Shown piece by piece: positions 51,561-63,418 of a stretch of DNA of 64,000 bases. The notes below the pieces were generated by a model, which saw only the letters and a list, made by a program, of their open reading frames with translations, had not been told where the DNA came from and did not search any database. A program made the translations under genes and the position numbers. Position 1 is the first letter of the stretch, and each line of letters begins with the position of its first letter. This DNA is from Octopus sinensis (taxonomy: Eukaryota), in assembly GCF_006345805.1 (NCBI RefSeq), contig NC_043006.1, positions 78,554,001 through 78,618,000 of the forward strand, read 5' to 3'.

Positions 51561-53273
51561 CTAGGATTTTTCCTTTTCCAACAGTCTAATCTATTGTGTG
51601 TATATGAAATAATAATAACAATAACAATATTTTTAAAAGGATTGACGTAACTCTTCACAAAGGAAAACATTCAAGACGATGAGCGCGATTCGATTGTAAT
51701 AGAAATTTTATTGGTTCAGCGATATTTCAACACTAAGTCTGTCTTTGTCAAGTTCAAAATAAGAAGTGATAAAAATTCAAAGTTATAGAAATTTAAACGT
51801 AAAGTATGAACGAGAGCAACCAGCGTCCACACGTTGATGGAATGACATCATCAGTTTTTAAGTCTCAATTTTATAACAGGCGAAAAGAAAAAGACAGGAA
51901 AAAGATGCATTCTTGTTTATATCGCTATCAAGGAGATAATACCCCGCTACTTCCAGCGCCGAGTCTATCAGATCACGCGATTTCGACTTTGGTCTTATCA
52001 ATGATGGACATTCGATCGCTAAAGACAGCAAGGATTCGTTTCTTCGCCAGCGATAGATAGATTGACAGTGCCAGAATAGGCACTGGCGGCGCGTACATTT
52101 TCGACAGTTTAAATTCTTGTATTGGCGATATCCATTTCTATAACTAAGGCACTAGACTCTCGTTAACTCATATTTCTATCCGTTCTGAAACTAAAACCCA
52201 TCATTACGCATTATCTTTACCTTCTAGTTGTCCCAATCATTGGACTGCAACCATACTGGAACACTGATAAGAATGGTTTTAGTGGAACGAATCGATCCCA
52301 GTATTCTTTCTTTTCACATCTGTTACATTTTCTAGCTGTCGTTTTTGCTGAAACACTAAGGCAAACAAATCAAACTGTTGGGGACGAATACAGACACATA
52401 CACACACATATGCGGTGGGCTTCTACACAGCTTCTGTAAGACACTTGACAGAGTTATTGCGTTGTGGGACCAAGAATCACTGCGAATTTATAGATTACAT
52501 CATGTAGAAGGTATTGCTTTGAGTCATACTAACAGTCAAGCGAAGAAAACGTTGAGATACTCTCCAATGTTACTATATTTAGGAAGCCTTTTTCATGCTT
52601 CAAAAGTTGCTTCACAAGGAGACAACATTAATACTCATTATAATACTACTGGTCGCATCTGTTTGGATGTTGATAATGTTACACGTCTGACTGGACATTC
52701 TGCCTTTCCGGCGCGCGGTAGCAGAAATATACACATGATAGATAGAGAGTAAGAGAAAGAGATATAAACCAATGTAGACGAAGGATGAGAGACAGAGATA
52801 TTACAATTTATCAATTATTCATGATTAACATAATCAACGTTCTCTCTTCATATACATTAAGAGACGTATGCTCACATACATGCATAAAGAAATTCTAAGT
52901 TGAAAATATATTGTTCGAAAACTCAGGCGGCGAGCTGGCAGAAACGTTAGCACGCCGGGCGAATTGCTTAGCAGTATTTCGTCTTTCTTTACGTTCCCAG
53001 TTCAAATTCTGCCGAGGTCGAATTTCGCCTTTCATCCTTTCGGGGTCGATAAATTAAGTACCAGTTGCGTACTGGTGTCGATCTAATCGACTGGGCCCCT
53101 CCCACAAAATTTCGGGTCTTGTGCCTAGAGTAGAAAAGAAACTATCGTTCCAAAACTATAAACATATGTTAAATAGACGAAGAAACAAAAAGCGCGTTGG
53201 GAACAGTCTCAACAGAGGTTATTACGTCGCAAATACTCAAGCAAAAGGACTTAGTACAAAAGTTTATAATTAC

Positions 53274-53413
53274 AAGCTGTTTCTTCGCCTTTTCCTCATT
53301 TGCGTATTCTGTATCATTGTATGCACCAAAATAGAAAAGTTCGAGATTTGTTGAACTACAGGATGATCTATCGGAAGAAAATTCAAGTTCTTCAACGACT
53401 GCTGGAAGTATGT
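53274..53413 (-). CDS. RasGEF-domain gene exon (DILPAVVEELEF..EEKAKKQL)
   Basis: Acceptor TATACAG, donor GTAATT, 140 nt, phase 1-0, consistent with both neighbours. Confidence 0.7.
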
Positions 53414-53660
53414 CTGTATACATAAATATAAATATATAAATATATATATATATATAATAATAAATATTAGGGAATAAATCCAAACTTACAGGGAAAAATC
53501 AGATTTAGGATTGAATCCAATTTTATAGTAAAATATTATATTATATTAAATTATATTAAATTTTGTTATATATTTAAATAATATAAATTAAATAATCTTA
53601 TGTATTGGCTTAAGTTTTTCACTGTATGATTTGCCTAATAGTGATTTTATCTCTAATTTA

Positions 53661-53720
<60 letters not shown>

Positions 53721-54280
53721 TGTGTGTACATATGCGGATGGAAGTGCTCAGGTAACACTGAGACGAAAGAAAAAATAAATTGAAAGGTATAATGAATAAA
53801 AACCTCCAATTGGTCAAAACAACTTTATAACATTCTCATTTTTCATAAATCAAACATAAATATATATTAAAACATCAGGGCATCCAATGATAAAATCCAA
53901 TAGTATAAAATATACACATATATACGAATAAAAGGTGATAAAAGCTAAAAGGGCAATATGAGTGAAGTCGAATGATGAAAAATATATAGATTAAATTAAT
54001 GCATAATAAAAGCGACTAAAAACTTAAGGCAATGGAACTAAAATAAAATAGGTATAAATATAAATAAAGGGCAAAATTGTAACCAGAAAAGAGTCCATTG
54101 AAATCCATCGCTACGATCGTTTCAAAAGACGTTGTCCCACTTCGTTAATGTGAAATCCATTAAGGAAATGCAATGGCAACGACCTTTCCTTCAGGGGAAG
54201 ATTCACAAGAGTTTCACATTTCCGGGTGTCAATAGGAAATGAATCGAGAAAGTAGGTAGGAGTAATACGTACAGACGTGT

Positions 54281-54319
<39 letters not shown>

Positions 54320-54356
54320 TGTGTATGTGTGTGTGTGTGCGTGTATCTTTGTGTTT

Positions 54357-54740
54357 GTGGAGGCGCAATGGCCCAGTGGTTAGGGCAGCGGACTCGCGGT
54401 CATAGGATTGCAGTTTCGATTCCCAGACCGGGCGTGTGAGTGTTTATTGAGCGAAAACACCTAAAAAAGCTCCACGAGGCTCCGGCAGGGGATGGTGGTG
54501 ATCCCTGCTGTACTCTTTCACCACAACTTTCTCTCACTCTTACTTCCTGTTTCTGTTGTACCTGTATTTCAAAGGGCCGGCCTTGTCACTCTGTGTCACG
54601 CTGAATATCCCCGAGAACTACGTTAAGGGTACACGTGTCTGTGGAGTGCTCAGCCACTTACACGTTAATTTCACGAGCAGGCTGTTCCGTTGATTCGGAT
54701 CAACCGGAACCCTCATCGTCGTAACCGACGGAGTGCTTCC
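54357..54740 (+). mobile_element. SINE family C, full length, tail variant 1
   Basis: Near-identical to 16125-16512. Confidence 0.9.
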
Positions 54741-54855
54741 ACCAAGGTTTGTGTTTCTGTATCTGTGTGTGTGTGTGTGTGTTTATATATACATACATAC
54801 ATACATATCTTCCCGGTTTCCGAAACACTTTCTCTCTATAGCATTTCTATAGCTG

Positions 54856-54932
<77 letters not shown>

Positions 54933-54963
54933 TAGAAAAATTCGATAGAAGATGCTTTCCTAC

Positions 54964-55030
54964 CTTGCTTCTTTGAACTAGGTATACTCTGAGTAACTTT
55001 CATCTTCTTTGTGTTTTTAGTTTTCTTTCC
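54964..55030 (-). CDS. RasGEF-domain gene exon (GKKTKNTKKMKVTQSIPSSKKQ)
   Basis: Acceptor AAAG, donor AAG|GTAGGA, 67 nt, phase 0-1. Confidence 0.7.
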
Positions 55031-55499
55031 CTTTATTTTAAAATGAAAACAAGAATGACAAATTTGAAGACATGCAATGCAACATTTCAGATGTACATTA
55101 ATGCATTTTCAATAGTCTTGCATTCTAGAACTGGCAATATTTGTTATTTATTTTAACGGCCAGTAACTTCTTTTTCTATGTATACCGAAAATTAGCCGCA
55201 TCACTATATACTGTTCGTTGTCTTGGATAGATTATAGTGTTTTTCGTACGATTATAACTTTTCCTGTTAACTTGAAATGTACAGTCTTGTGTCTTCCTCA
55301 CTCAGTGTCAGCTTTATCTTAGTGGTTTATTTTAATATTAATTATCGATTATGATTAATTTGGATGCTGGTTTTGTGGTAGACTGTTTGATGATTATAAA
55401 TAAGTATAAAACAGAAAAAAAAACAATTACTTGTTTAAAGAGAGTTAATTGAGCTCGATTCTATATATCAACTTATGGTGTTACGAAAAAACATAGATT

Positions 55500-56378
55500 T
55501 CAAATTTTGGCACATCACAAGCAATCTCAAGGGAAGAGGTGAGTTGATTACACGGACCTTAGTGCTAAACTGGTACTTATCTCATCGACCCCAAAAGGGT
55601 GTAAAAGCAAAGTCGGCGTCGGTGCAATTTGAACTCAGAACATATAGACGGACGAAATGTCGCTAAGCATTTTGCCCGGCGCCTAACGATTCTGCTAGCT
55701 CACCGCCTTAGTCATAGGTAAAAATATACTTTTCTATTCTAGGCACGAGGCCCGAAATTTTGAGAGAGGGGACCAGTCCATTCGATCGACCCCGGGACGC
55801 AAATGGTACTTATTTAATCGACTCCGAAAGGATGAAAGGCAAAGTCGATCTGGTGGAATTTGAACTCAGAACGAAACAGCAGACGAAATACCGCTAAGCA
55901 TTTCGCGTGACGTGCTAACATTTCTGCCAGCTCGACGCTTTTCTTAAGTAAAAATATATATTTCTTTATTGCCTACAGGAGTCTAAACATAGAGGGGACA
56001 AACAAGGACCGGTAAAGGGATTAAGTCGAATACATCTACACCAGTGCGTAACTGATTTTTATTTAATCGCCCCCGAAATGTTGAAAAGCAAAGTCGACCT
56101 CGGCGGAATTTGAACTCAGAACGTAAAGACAGACTAAATACCTATTTCTTTACTACCCACAAGGGGCTAAACACAGAGAGGACAAACAAGGACAGACAAA
56201 CGGATGAATTCGATTATATCGACCCAGTGCGTAACCGGTACTTATTTAATCGACCCCAAGAGGATGAAAGGCAAAGTCGACTTCGGCGGAATTTGAAATC
56301 AGAACATAACGGCAGACGAAATACGGCTACGAATTTCGCCCGGCGTACTAACGGTTCTGCCAGCTCGCCGCCTTTCTT
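55500..56378 (-). mobile_element. Cluster/array of about 4 family A SINE units
   Basis: Repeated cores; junction at 56142/56143. Confidence 0.85.
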
Positions 56379-56410
56379 AGGTCAAAATATTAAACGAGAT
56401 ATGTACTTAC

Positions 56411-57317
56411 TGTCTTTTTTCCTTTCTTTTTTAATAATTCTTCAGACTTTCTTTCTTCTTGTAGAAGCACGTTTTGTTGGGTTTGCGAAACATGTTCTCT
56501 CTTCCGCATTTCATCACAAAAACAATAAGTTTCCTCACATGGACTATTTACATTCAAGTAAGTCGAGATACTGCATTCAGAAGACATATATTCATTAAAT
56601 GTTCTTTGAAATATGTCTTCAATATCGGTCCCTGAGTGTGGTGATGGAACTTGTGACTGACTATCGTGATATGTATTTGAACTTCTGATGCCATTGACAG
56701 AATCTATTACCTCTTGCGAACAAATATATGATGAGAGTCCTGATGAAGTTTCACTATCAAACTTTGTTCTTAATTCATTGAAAAGTGCTGATCTTTGTGG
56801 TATATTCTTTACTCCTTTCTGCTTTTCATCTTTACTTCTATCATTGTATATATCTTGCTTAGAAACTTTTCGTAACTTAACAGATTTTAACATATCAGGT
56901 GTGATCACACAAGGCCCTATACGTTTGTTCTTATTGTTATTGGAAGCTACTTTCATCCCTGATCTCCACGTCAAATCTTTGCAAAATCTTGATCTTAATG
57001 GTTCAGGCTTTATATTTGTCATATTTTTTGGTGTAGTTACTGATGCATTTTCAAAATTTGATAGCTTTGACGTTTTGTATTTCATGTTCGTTTCTGCTTG
57101 ATCGTGCAGATGTTCGTTTAAATGAATTTTGTTAAATACTCCGCGTTTTATTTTCTTACAAGTGTGTACATACGTGCCCCAAGATGGTATTGCAACATGC
57201 CTCAGGAAATGGAAAACCCAAGGTATATAGGGAGGATTCTCAGCAGCTTTGCGCAATGCATTACGATAAGAACGAAAATTGTCACCATAAAACACCCATG
57301 TTAATTTCTGGTGTAAA
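56411..57317 (-). CDS. RasGEF-domain gene large exon (DNFRSYRNALRKAAENPPYIPW plus insertion)
   Basis: Acceptor TTTTTTCAG, donor ACA|GTAAGT, 907 nt open, phase 2-0; CDC25 NF..YR..L...PP.IP motif. Confidence 0.85.
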
Positions 57318-57395
57318 CTGAAAAAATATTAGAAAACACTAAATAAATAAATACATACATACATAAACGCACGAACAGTTTTTAAAAACTGAATT

Positions 57396-57820
57396 GGGAT
57401 CTTTTCGGTTTGAACGGCAGTTTTTAACATAATTTCTAGGTAACTAAAAAAAATTTAACTTCGTATACTGGTAGAATGTGTTTATAAAACATCTTTTTCT
57501 CTTTGCTTTATTGAGAAAATTCTATAGTTTATTTGTTGTTTTTTTCTTTAATTTCTGCAATTTCAACCAATCACTGACGTCTATTGAGGTAAAAAACATT
57601 CTGTGCCGTATGAACATTTCCCTCGTTTAAGAAACAGATTGGGTTTATTTACATTTGTGAAGAAAAAAAGATACCCTTCCCCCCACCCCTAACCATCTCT
57701 AACTAACCCTAACCCTAAAATTGATTGAAATGCAATAGATCGATACTAGGGTCATAATTATGGGTGACAATTTCATATGACACCGCTAGAAAAAACTGCC
57801 GTTCAAACCGAAAAGATCTC
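57396..57820 (+). mobile_element. MITE of the same family as 21241, with 6-bp TSD
   Basis: TSD TGAATT at 57390-57395 and 57821-57826. Confidence 0.92.
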
Positions 57821-59617
57821 TGAATTGTTAAGAAATCCAGTTAAGAAAAACAGAAAAGAAAATTAATTATATTGTTAAAATATTACAATTTTACAGGGTA
57901 AGGATTAATAAAATAACTTCTTGAAGTAATATGCATTCCTCCGAGGTGAATAACAGGGGGTATTGACAAGTAGTGAATGAAGTATATATATTTCAATGGA
58001 AACTGTATTTTGTAAACAATAGCATCGTGACTTTCCAAAAGGCCATTTTATAAACAATAGCACAGTAAATTATATGTTTCCAAAGGCCAATCACTGCTTC
58101 TCTGCATTACTGAATGCTACAATATATACAGGGACATTTGTATTTTGTCAATTACCACTCTAAAATTCAGAACTAACAACTCGCTTTATATTTCCTCGTC
58201 CTGTTCACCATATGCCGAACAACTGGAGCTAAGTTTCTGAATATTATAGTTACAAGTTCTGTATATATTTACTATGTCTTTTGAAGTGTTTAAAAGTTTC
58301 TGTTTTGGCTGAACAAGAAAAGTTCTTTCATATGGACGACCACGTTTTGGCTTGCAAGCACTATAGAACTGTAGACTAGAAGGAGTACTCTTCAGCAGTC
58401 TCTTGCACGCAGTGCAAGTTCGATTATTCAGGTGAAGAATCGAGCTTGTAATTTATTTTTTAAACTTATTTTTCCCTTCATATTTTTTCCTAATTATTAT
58501 TTTTCTGGTAGATATTCCGGCCCATTACGTTCTGAGTTCTAATCCAGCCGCAGACAACATTGTTTTTCAACCATCCGGTATCGATAAAACAAAGTCCCAG
58601 ACAAGTATTAGGGCGGAGGGTATCGGCTAATACCCTTTCCTTAAAATTTCTGAGGTTGTGCCTAAATTAGAAACCATTATTTTGCTGGTAGAGGAAAGGT
58701 GGATTGACAGGATCTTTTCAACATAGGACAAAACAAAACAAACATGAAGGATATGGTTACGACCCTTTACTTTCAGAGGTAAATAAATTTGTCAATTTTG
58801 CCTTTCATAAATTCAGGGTTGATTCAGTTAAGTACAAGAGTCTATAAGATCGTATTTTCACTTCCCTCCCATGTGCGCATATTAAAAATTAAGGGCAGTG
58901 GAATTGGTAGGTTCGGAAGTGCATTGCACAAAATGTTCAGTTACGATTCTTCGGGTTACGAGTACAAAAGCTTGTTTTTCAATCGTGTAGTTCCAGATCC
59001 AATGCTCCTACTGCATGCTATCTTTATAAAGTGTCTTCTGCCAAAGTCTAGAGTCAACCAAAGCTTTTATAAATTAAATGGAATACTTAAATATTGGGCC
59101 ACGAGAGCCTGTCGAATGGATTGTGTTTGTTTTCATGTGGAAGACTTTATGCTATCTAACCACACAACCTTTCCTATAATGCACCATCAGGTAAATGCAC
59201 AACCCTTGCTGACTTCACTGACAAGTACAATAAGTTTATCAACGGATTTTCATGTCAGATTACAAAGGTTGATTTCCGTCTCTTTCCTTCAGTTACTTTT
59301 ATTTTATTCTATTTTATTGTTTCATAACATTTTTATGAGCGAGATAAAGGTAAGTTCGCCTGGGTACTCAGAACATAAAGTAATCAGAACAAATATCGCA
59401 GCATATTTTGTCCAATTCTCTAAAAATTCCACCAATTCAAAACCTTTGATGGCTAATCTATTTTTATAGACTGCGCTAAGTTGAAAAGCATTGTTAACCT
59501 CGGAGGCATTTCGATAAAGAACAAACGGGGCAAATTATTTTTTCTACGCTCAAATCACGTGAAACTAAATTCTTAATCGTCCGCATATACTTCCATTCTA
59601 AATACATGCATATATAA

Positions 59618-59849
59618 GGCGGCGAGCTGGCAGAAACGTTAGCACGTCGGACGAAATGCTTAGCGGTATTTCGTCTGCCGTTACGTTCTGAGTTCAAATT
59701 CCACCGTGGTCGACTTTGCCTTTCATCCTTTCGGGGTCGATAAATAAAGTACCAGTTACGCACTGGGGGTCGATATAATCGACTTAATCCGTTTGTTTGT
59801 CCTTGTTTGTCTTCTCTGTGTTTAGCCCCTTGTGGGTAGTAAAGAAATA
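59618..59849 (+). mobile_element. Full-length SINE family A with 14-bp TSD
   Basis: TSD TAAATACATGCATA at 59599-59612 and 59850-59863. Confidence 0.9.
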
Positions 59850-59951
59850 TAAATACATGCATACACTTTTCTCCCGAAAATATGTGTAAAAATCACTTTT
59901 AAATCATTTAATTAATCAATTCTGTAGTTATATAAGTTTAGTTACATAATT

Positions 59952-60299
59952 AGGATATTTTCGCTTTGACCGGCAGATTTTAAAAATAACTTCTTTGTAA
60001 CTAAACACTTTTAAACTTCGTATACTGGTAGAATGTGTTTATAAAACATCTTTTTCTCTTGGCTTTGTTGACATGGATCCGGAGAAATTGTATTCACCTC
60101 AATAGTCGTCATTGATTGGTCGAAATTGCCGAAATGCGAGAAATTAAACAACAAATAGCTTACAAACTACAGAATTTTCTCAAGAAAGCCAAGAGAAAAA
60201 ACATTTCATGTAACACATTCTACCAGTATACGAAGTTTAAAAGTGTTTAGTTACAAAGAGATTATTTTAAAAACTTGCCGATCAAAGCGAAAAAGTCCC
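59952..60299. mobile_element. Related MITE built from two inverted left ends (~115-bp arms), with 6-bp TSD
   Basis: TSD ATAATT at 59946-59951 and 60300-60305; arms share TAAACTTCGTATACTGGTAGAATGTG with the 21241/57396 family. Confidence 0.85.
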
Positions 60300-60418
60300 A
60301 TAATTATATACATAATGATGTTTGATACAATTGAAAGACCTGTAGAGCACATTTAAGTTATGAACTATTGGTTAAATTTATACATGCATACAAACATTGC
60401 ATAACATAATGTACTCAC

Positions 60419-60552
60419 TCGTAAGTGAAAGGATATTTTGCCTTAAAAAGACTCCATGTTTTTTCCCAGTGAAATATGACTGGATTACGGAAAGCTGTCA
60501 CAATGTTTCCCACTGTATTGAAGTTTTGTAACTTCCAACAAATACAAGCAAC
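60419..60552 (-). CDS. RasGEF-domain gene exon (VACICWKLQNFNTVGNIVTAFRNPVIFHWEKTWSLFKAKYPFTY)
   Basis: CDC25 motif A..C..L.NFN...I+......+..TW; donor GA|GTGAGT in phase 2 matches 57317. Alternative in-frame acceptor at 60605. Confidence 0.85.
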
Positions 60553-60974
60553 CTTCAGTAAAGAGAAAGATTTTATTTTGAACTTCGTCATTGAAATATA
60601 GTTTGCTAAATACTAATACAAAACACAGTACATGCCCTTGCTCAAGAATATTTACATATATTTTTGTCTGGATACGACACATACACACACAAAATCACAG
60701 AAATACGCTCACAATATATATATATATGTGCGTGTCTGTGTGTGTGTGTAGAATGCTTTCCAAAGCTCCTCTTCTGGTATCTGCCACCAAATGTTATCAT
60801 ACAGTTGGGTTAATTCTGTTACTGGTTATACATGTGGAAATTCAAAAATATCCGTAGGGTGTAATCGAAAGGATTTTAATATGACATGGATTGAACAGGC
60901 TTTATTATAGATCATTGCAAGAGTTTCAATGCATTATTATCAGTTATTAGTTACTGAATATGTTATATATATAT

Positions 60975-61016
60975 ACTAGCATTAAAGACCCGTCGTTGCC
61001 GGGTCATAGTGCTAGT
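60975..61016. repeat. Compact hairpin resembling a Helitron-type 3' terminus
   Basis: ACTAGCA..GACCCG TCGTTGC CGGGTC..TGCTAGT next to (TA)n. Confidence 0.4.
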
Positions 61017-61469
61017 GCATGTATATATGTATATATATATGTGTACATATTACATGCACATCTATATATATATACATCTACACATCAAATACAAAATACA
61101 AAGTTATATCTTGATATCGCTAGTGATAACAATACTCAAAATATATAACAGACTGGAATTGTTAGCCCGTCTCTTGTAATTTCGATCAATTGTATCTTGT
61201 CCTCCCTCTTGTATAGAAGTGTGGCTACAATCCAGCCTACATCTACTTCGGGGGGGGGGGGGACATTTAAAATTTTTTTCCGGAACGTCCTACGTCCCAG
61301 ATATAAAGGTAAAAATAAAATATTTCCACTTTGCAAGTTCGAGTCGAGTACTCCCTTGCACGCTCCGTTGACTCGAACCTTGCTTCTATTGTGGCGAATT
61401 TACCGCCTCTGATTAGATACCTTTCATAGTCGCACCAAGACACTTTTCGAAGGTGCTTTCCTCCATATT

Positions 61470-63120
61470 ATTTCTTTATTACCCACCAGGGGCTACGAAG
61501 AATGGCGGACATAACAAAACATGGGGGACATAGAACAATATGATTAAATTTATGAGCAAATGAAAATGAAAAAATGATAATATGAAAGCGATGCTAACGG
61601 CCCCCTCCGCCAGCATCACTTACCTGTCCTTTTGTTTTCACTGTCACCTGAATGTTCATTCCCAATACGAAGACCATCCATATCCATTCTTACTCCGAAA
61701 CTGTCCTCCATATATTCCACGAATTCATCGCTCATTCTTGTATCCTTCACCTCCCAATTCTCCCTCTCACACCTCAACACAAACTCATCTATATTCTTCT
61801 TTTCCAGCACTGCATATCTGGTCCCATCCATTTCATACCATTCATACTCCTCCGTTACCCTTGCAACCTCTTTCTGTTCAGTCACAATATAAATGTTCGG
61901 CCTGGGTTCGTTTTCAAACTCTTGTCTGTCTGTATTTTTCTTTTGTTTTCTTGTTGGAGGGGAGAGGGTGGGTTCACTGTCTGCAGGGGAAGGGTGGGAT
62001 TCAGAGGGTGCGGGTGGTGTTGGGGTGGGTTGGGGCTTCGCACAGTTTTTCTTTTTCTTTCTTTTTCTCTTTTTTCTTCCTTCTTCCCACTCTGCTTGCA
62101 TCTCCTCTTCTTCTGTCGTTTCTTTTTCCCTTTGGTTCTCTTTGGTTTCTTCCTCTTTTGGGGCTTCCGCGACAATTTCCTTTTCTTTTTCTTTTGGTGG
62201 GGGAGGGCAGTAGGCTCTTATGTGACCCCTCAGGCCACACTTGTAGCACCTGGGCGCCCTACCCTCCACCCACACTCTCATAATAATATTTCCAGTTTTT
62301 ATACTGTCCGTAAGCTTTTCTATAACTTCCGCCTCCGTCTGTATGTTTATTACTAGTGTGGCACCTCTCACGCCTTCATATTTCATAATGGCGTGGAGGA
62401 TGTCCACTTTATCTTCATTTCCTTTGATAACCGCAGCCGTTATTAATTCGCCCTCTAGGTGTGGAGGTATTCCTTCCACCCTAATTCTGGTGGTCCTTCT
62501 ATTCAAATACGAGGGGAACAAGTAAAACTTTTCTGTACTCACCACCTTGGCTGCTATATTCCTGGCTGCTTTCTCACTTTTAAATTGTACCGTTATGGTT
62601 CCATATTCTAATCCTTTTGTCATGTACACAATTTCTTCTCCTGTCTGTTTGAAAGCCTCTTCAATTGCTTCCATGTTAATCACTTCCATTTTTCTACCTC
62701 CATTCATAAATACTTTATATTTAATGGTTCTACGATGGAACCAGTCTCCGCGCCCTGCTAGAGGCAACAGCTCAACCTCTCCGTTCTCCTCCTCCTTCAT
62801 GAACTCCTGGAAGTCCGTCAACTTAGCCAGGTCTATCTCTTTTTCTGTTGACTTCTTCGTTATACCTGCGTAGGTGCTTTCCATTTTTTTCACCGCCAAC
62901 TCCTCCTCAGATGTCGACGAATTTTCAGAGAAATTTCTCCCTTCCATCTCATCCGTTTGGTAGAGGCGGCTCATAGTCGCCTCAGACCGAAAAACGGCCT
63001 CCCGAACAGAAAAACGTGCGACGCACAGAACCAGTGCGACGCGAAACCGCACCAACCGACGTTCCAATTCCGCAACCACAATTCACTTTTTGTTCTTTTT
63101 TAACCGAATTTTACAGAGCG
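61470..63120 (-). mobile_element. ORF1-only non-LTR retroelement with a SINE-A-like 3' tail
   Basis: Single ORF, ~120-nt 3' UTR, tail GTAGCCCCTGGTGGGTAATAAAGAAA; no ORF2. Confidence 0.75.
61616..62974 (-). CDS. Intact 452-aa LINE ORF1/gag-like protein with a CCHC zinc knuckle
   Basis: ATG at 62974; CYKCGLRGHIRAYC; upstream RIRVEGIPP RRM-like region typical of L1/Tx1-group ORF1; no stops. Confidence 0.85.
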   Translation of the reverse strand: MSRLYQTDEMEGRNFSENSSTSEEELAVKKMESTYAGITKKSTEKEIDLAKLTDFQEFMKEEENGEVELLPLAGRGDWFHRRTIKYKVFMNGGRKMEVINMEAIEEAFKQTGEEIVYMTKGLEYGTITVQFKSEKAARNIAAKVVSTEKFYLFPSYLNRRTTRIRVEGIPPHLEGELITAAVIKGNEDKVDILHAIMKYEGVRGATLVINIQTEAEVIEKLTDSIKTGNIIMRVWVEGRAPRCYKCGLRGHIRAYCPPPPKEKEKEIVAEAPKEEETKENQREKETTEEEEMQAEWEEGRKKRKRKKKKNCAKPQPTPTPPAPSESHPSPADSEPTLSPPTRKQKKNTDRQEFENEPRPNIYIVTEQKEVARVTEEYEWYEMDGTRYAVLEKKNIDEFVLRCERENWEVKDTRMSDEFVEYMEDSFGVRMDMDGLRIGNEHSGDSENKRTGK

Positions 63121-63418
63121 CATATTTTTTTTATTGCCCACTAGGGGCTACATAGATGGGACAATACAATCGGGAATGAATAATGAATTATGAAGTTTGT
63201 ACAATGTGGTGTAATGCCCACTCGATCCCCGAAATCGAGCGGTTACATTTCGTCATTTGTTTTTTTATTCGTCAACAATATTTTCCAAATAAAACATTTT
63301 TATACATTTTCAACATACATTTCAAAAGTTTTACAAAGTTCAACATTTCTTTTTTTTTTTTCAGAATTTAAAGTTCTTTTTATCATTTCCAAATTAAGTT
63401 TTCACAATACCTTTTCTT

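Noticed and set aside
51800-52200. CpG-richer intronic segment with a small hairpin as a promoter or ncRNA
   Set aside because: It has no diagnostic motif, and the 7-bp stem is expected by chance.
53745-54150. Two hammerhead-like fragments (hairpin plus GAAA; GAAACGATCGTA on minus)
   Set aside because: The CUGANGA core is not recoverable without several non-compensatory changes.
58150-58240. Minus-strand exon-like segment NLAPVVRHMVNRTRKYK
   Set aside because: It has no canonical donor, and the flanking exons already join in phase.
58789-59469. 226-aa plus-strand ORF
   Set aside because: It begins in SINE-derived sequence, has no recognisable motifs, and lies antisense in a RasGEF intron.
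60750-60822. ELTQLYDNIWWQIPEEELWKAF as an upstream RasGEF exon
   Set aside because: It resembles the CDC25 QLT motif, but has no usable donor, leaves no room for the intervening helix, and also resembles Tc1 NPIENIW. Unresolved.
61582-62873. Several plus-strand ORFs of 80-234 aa
   Set aside because: They are antisense shadows of the purine-rich ORF1.
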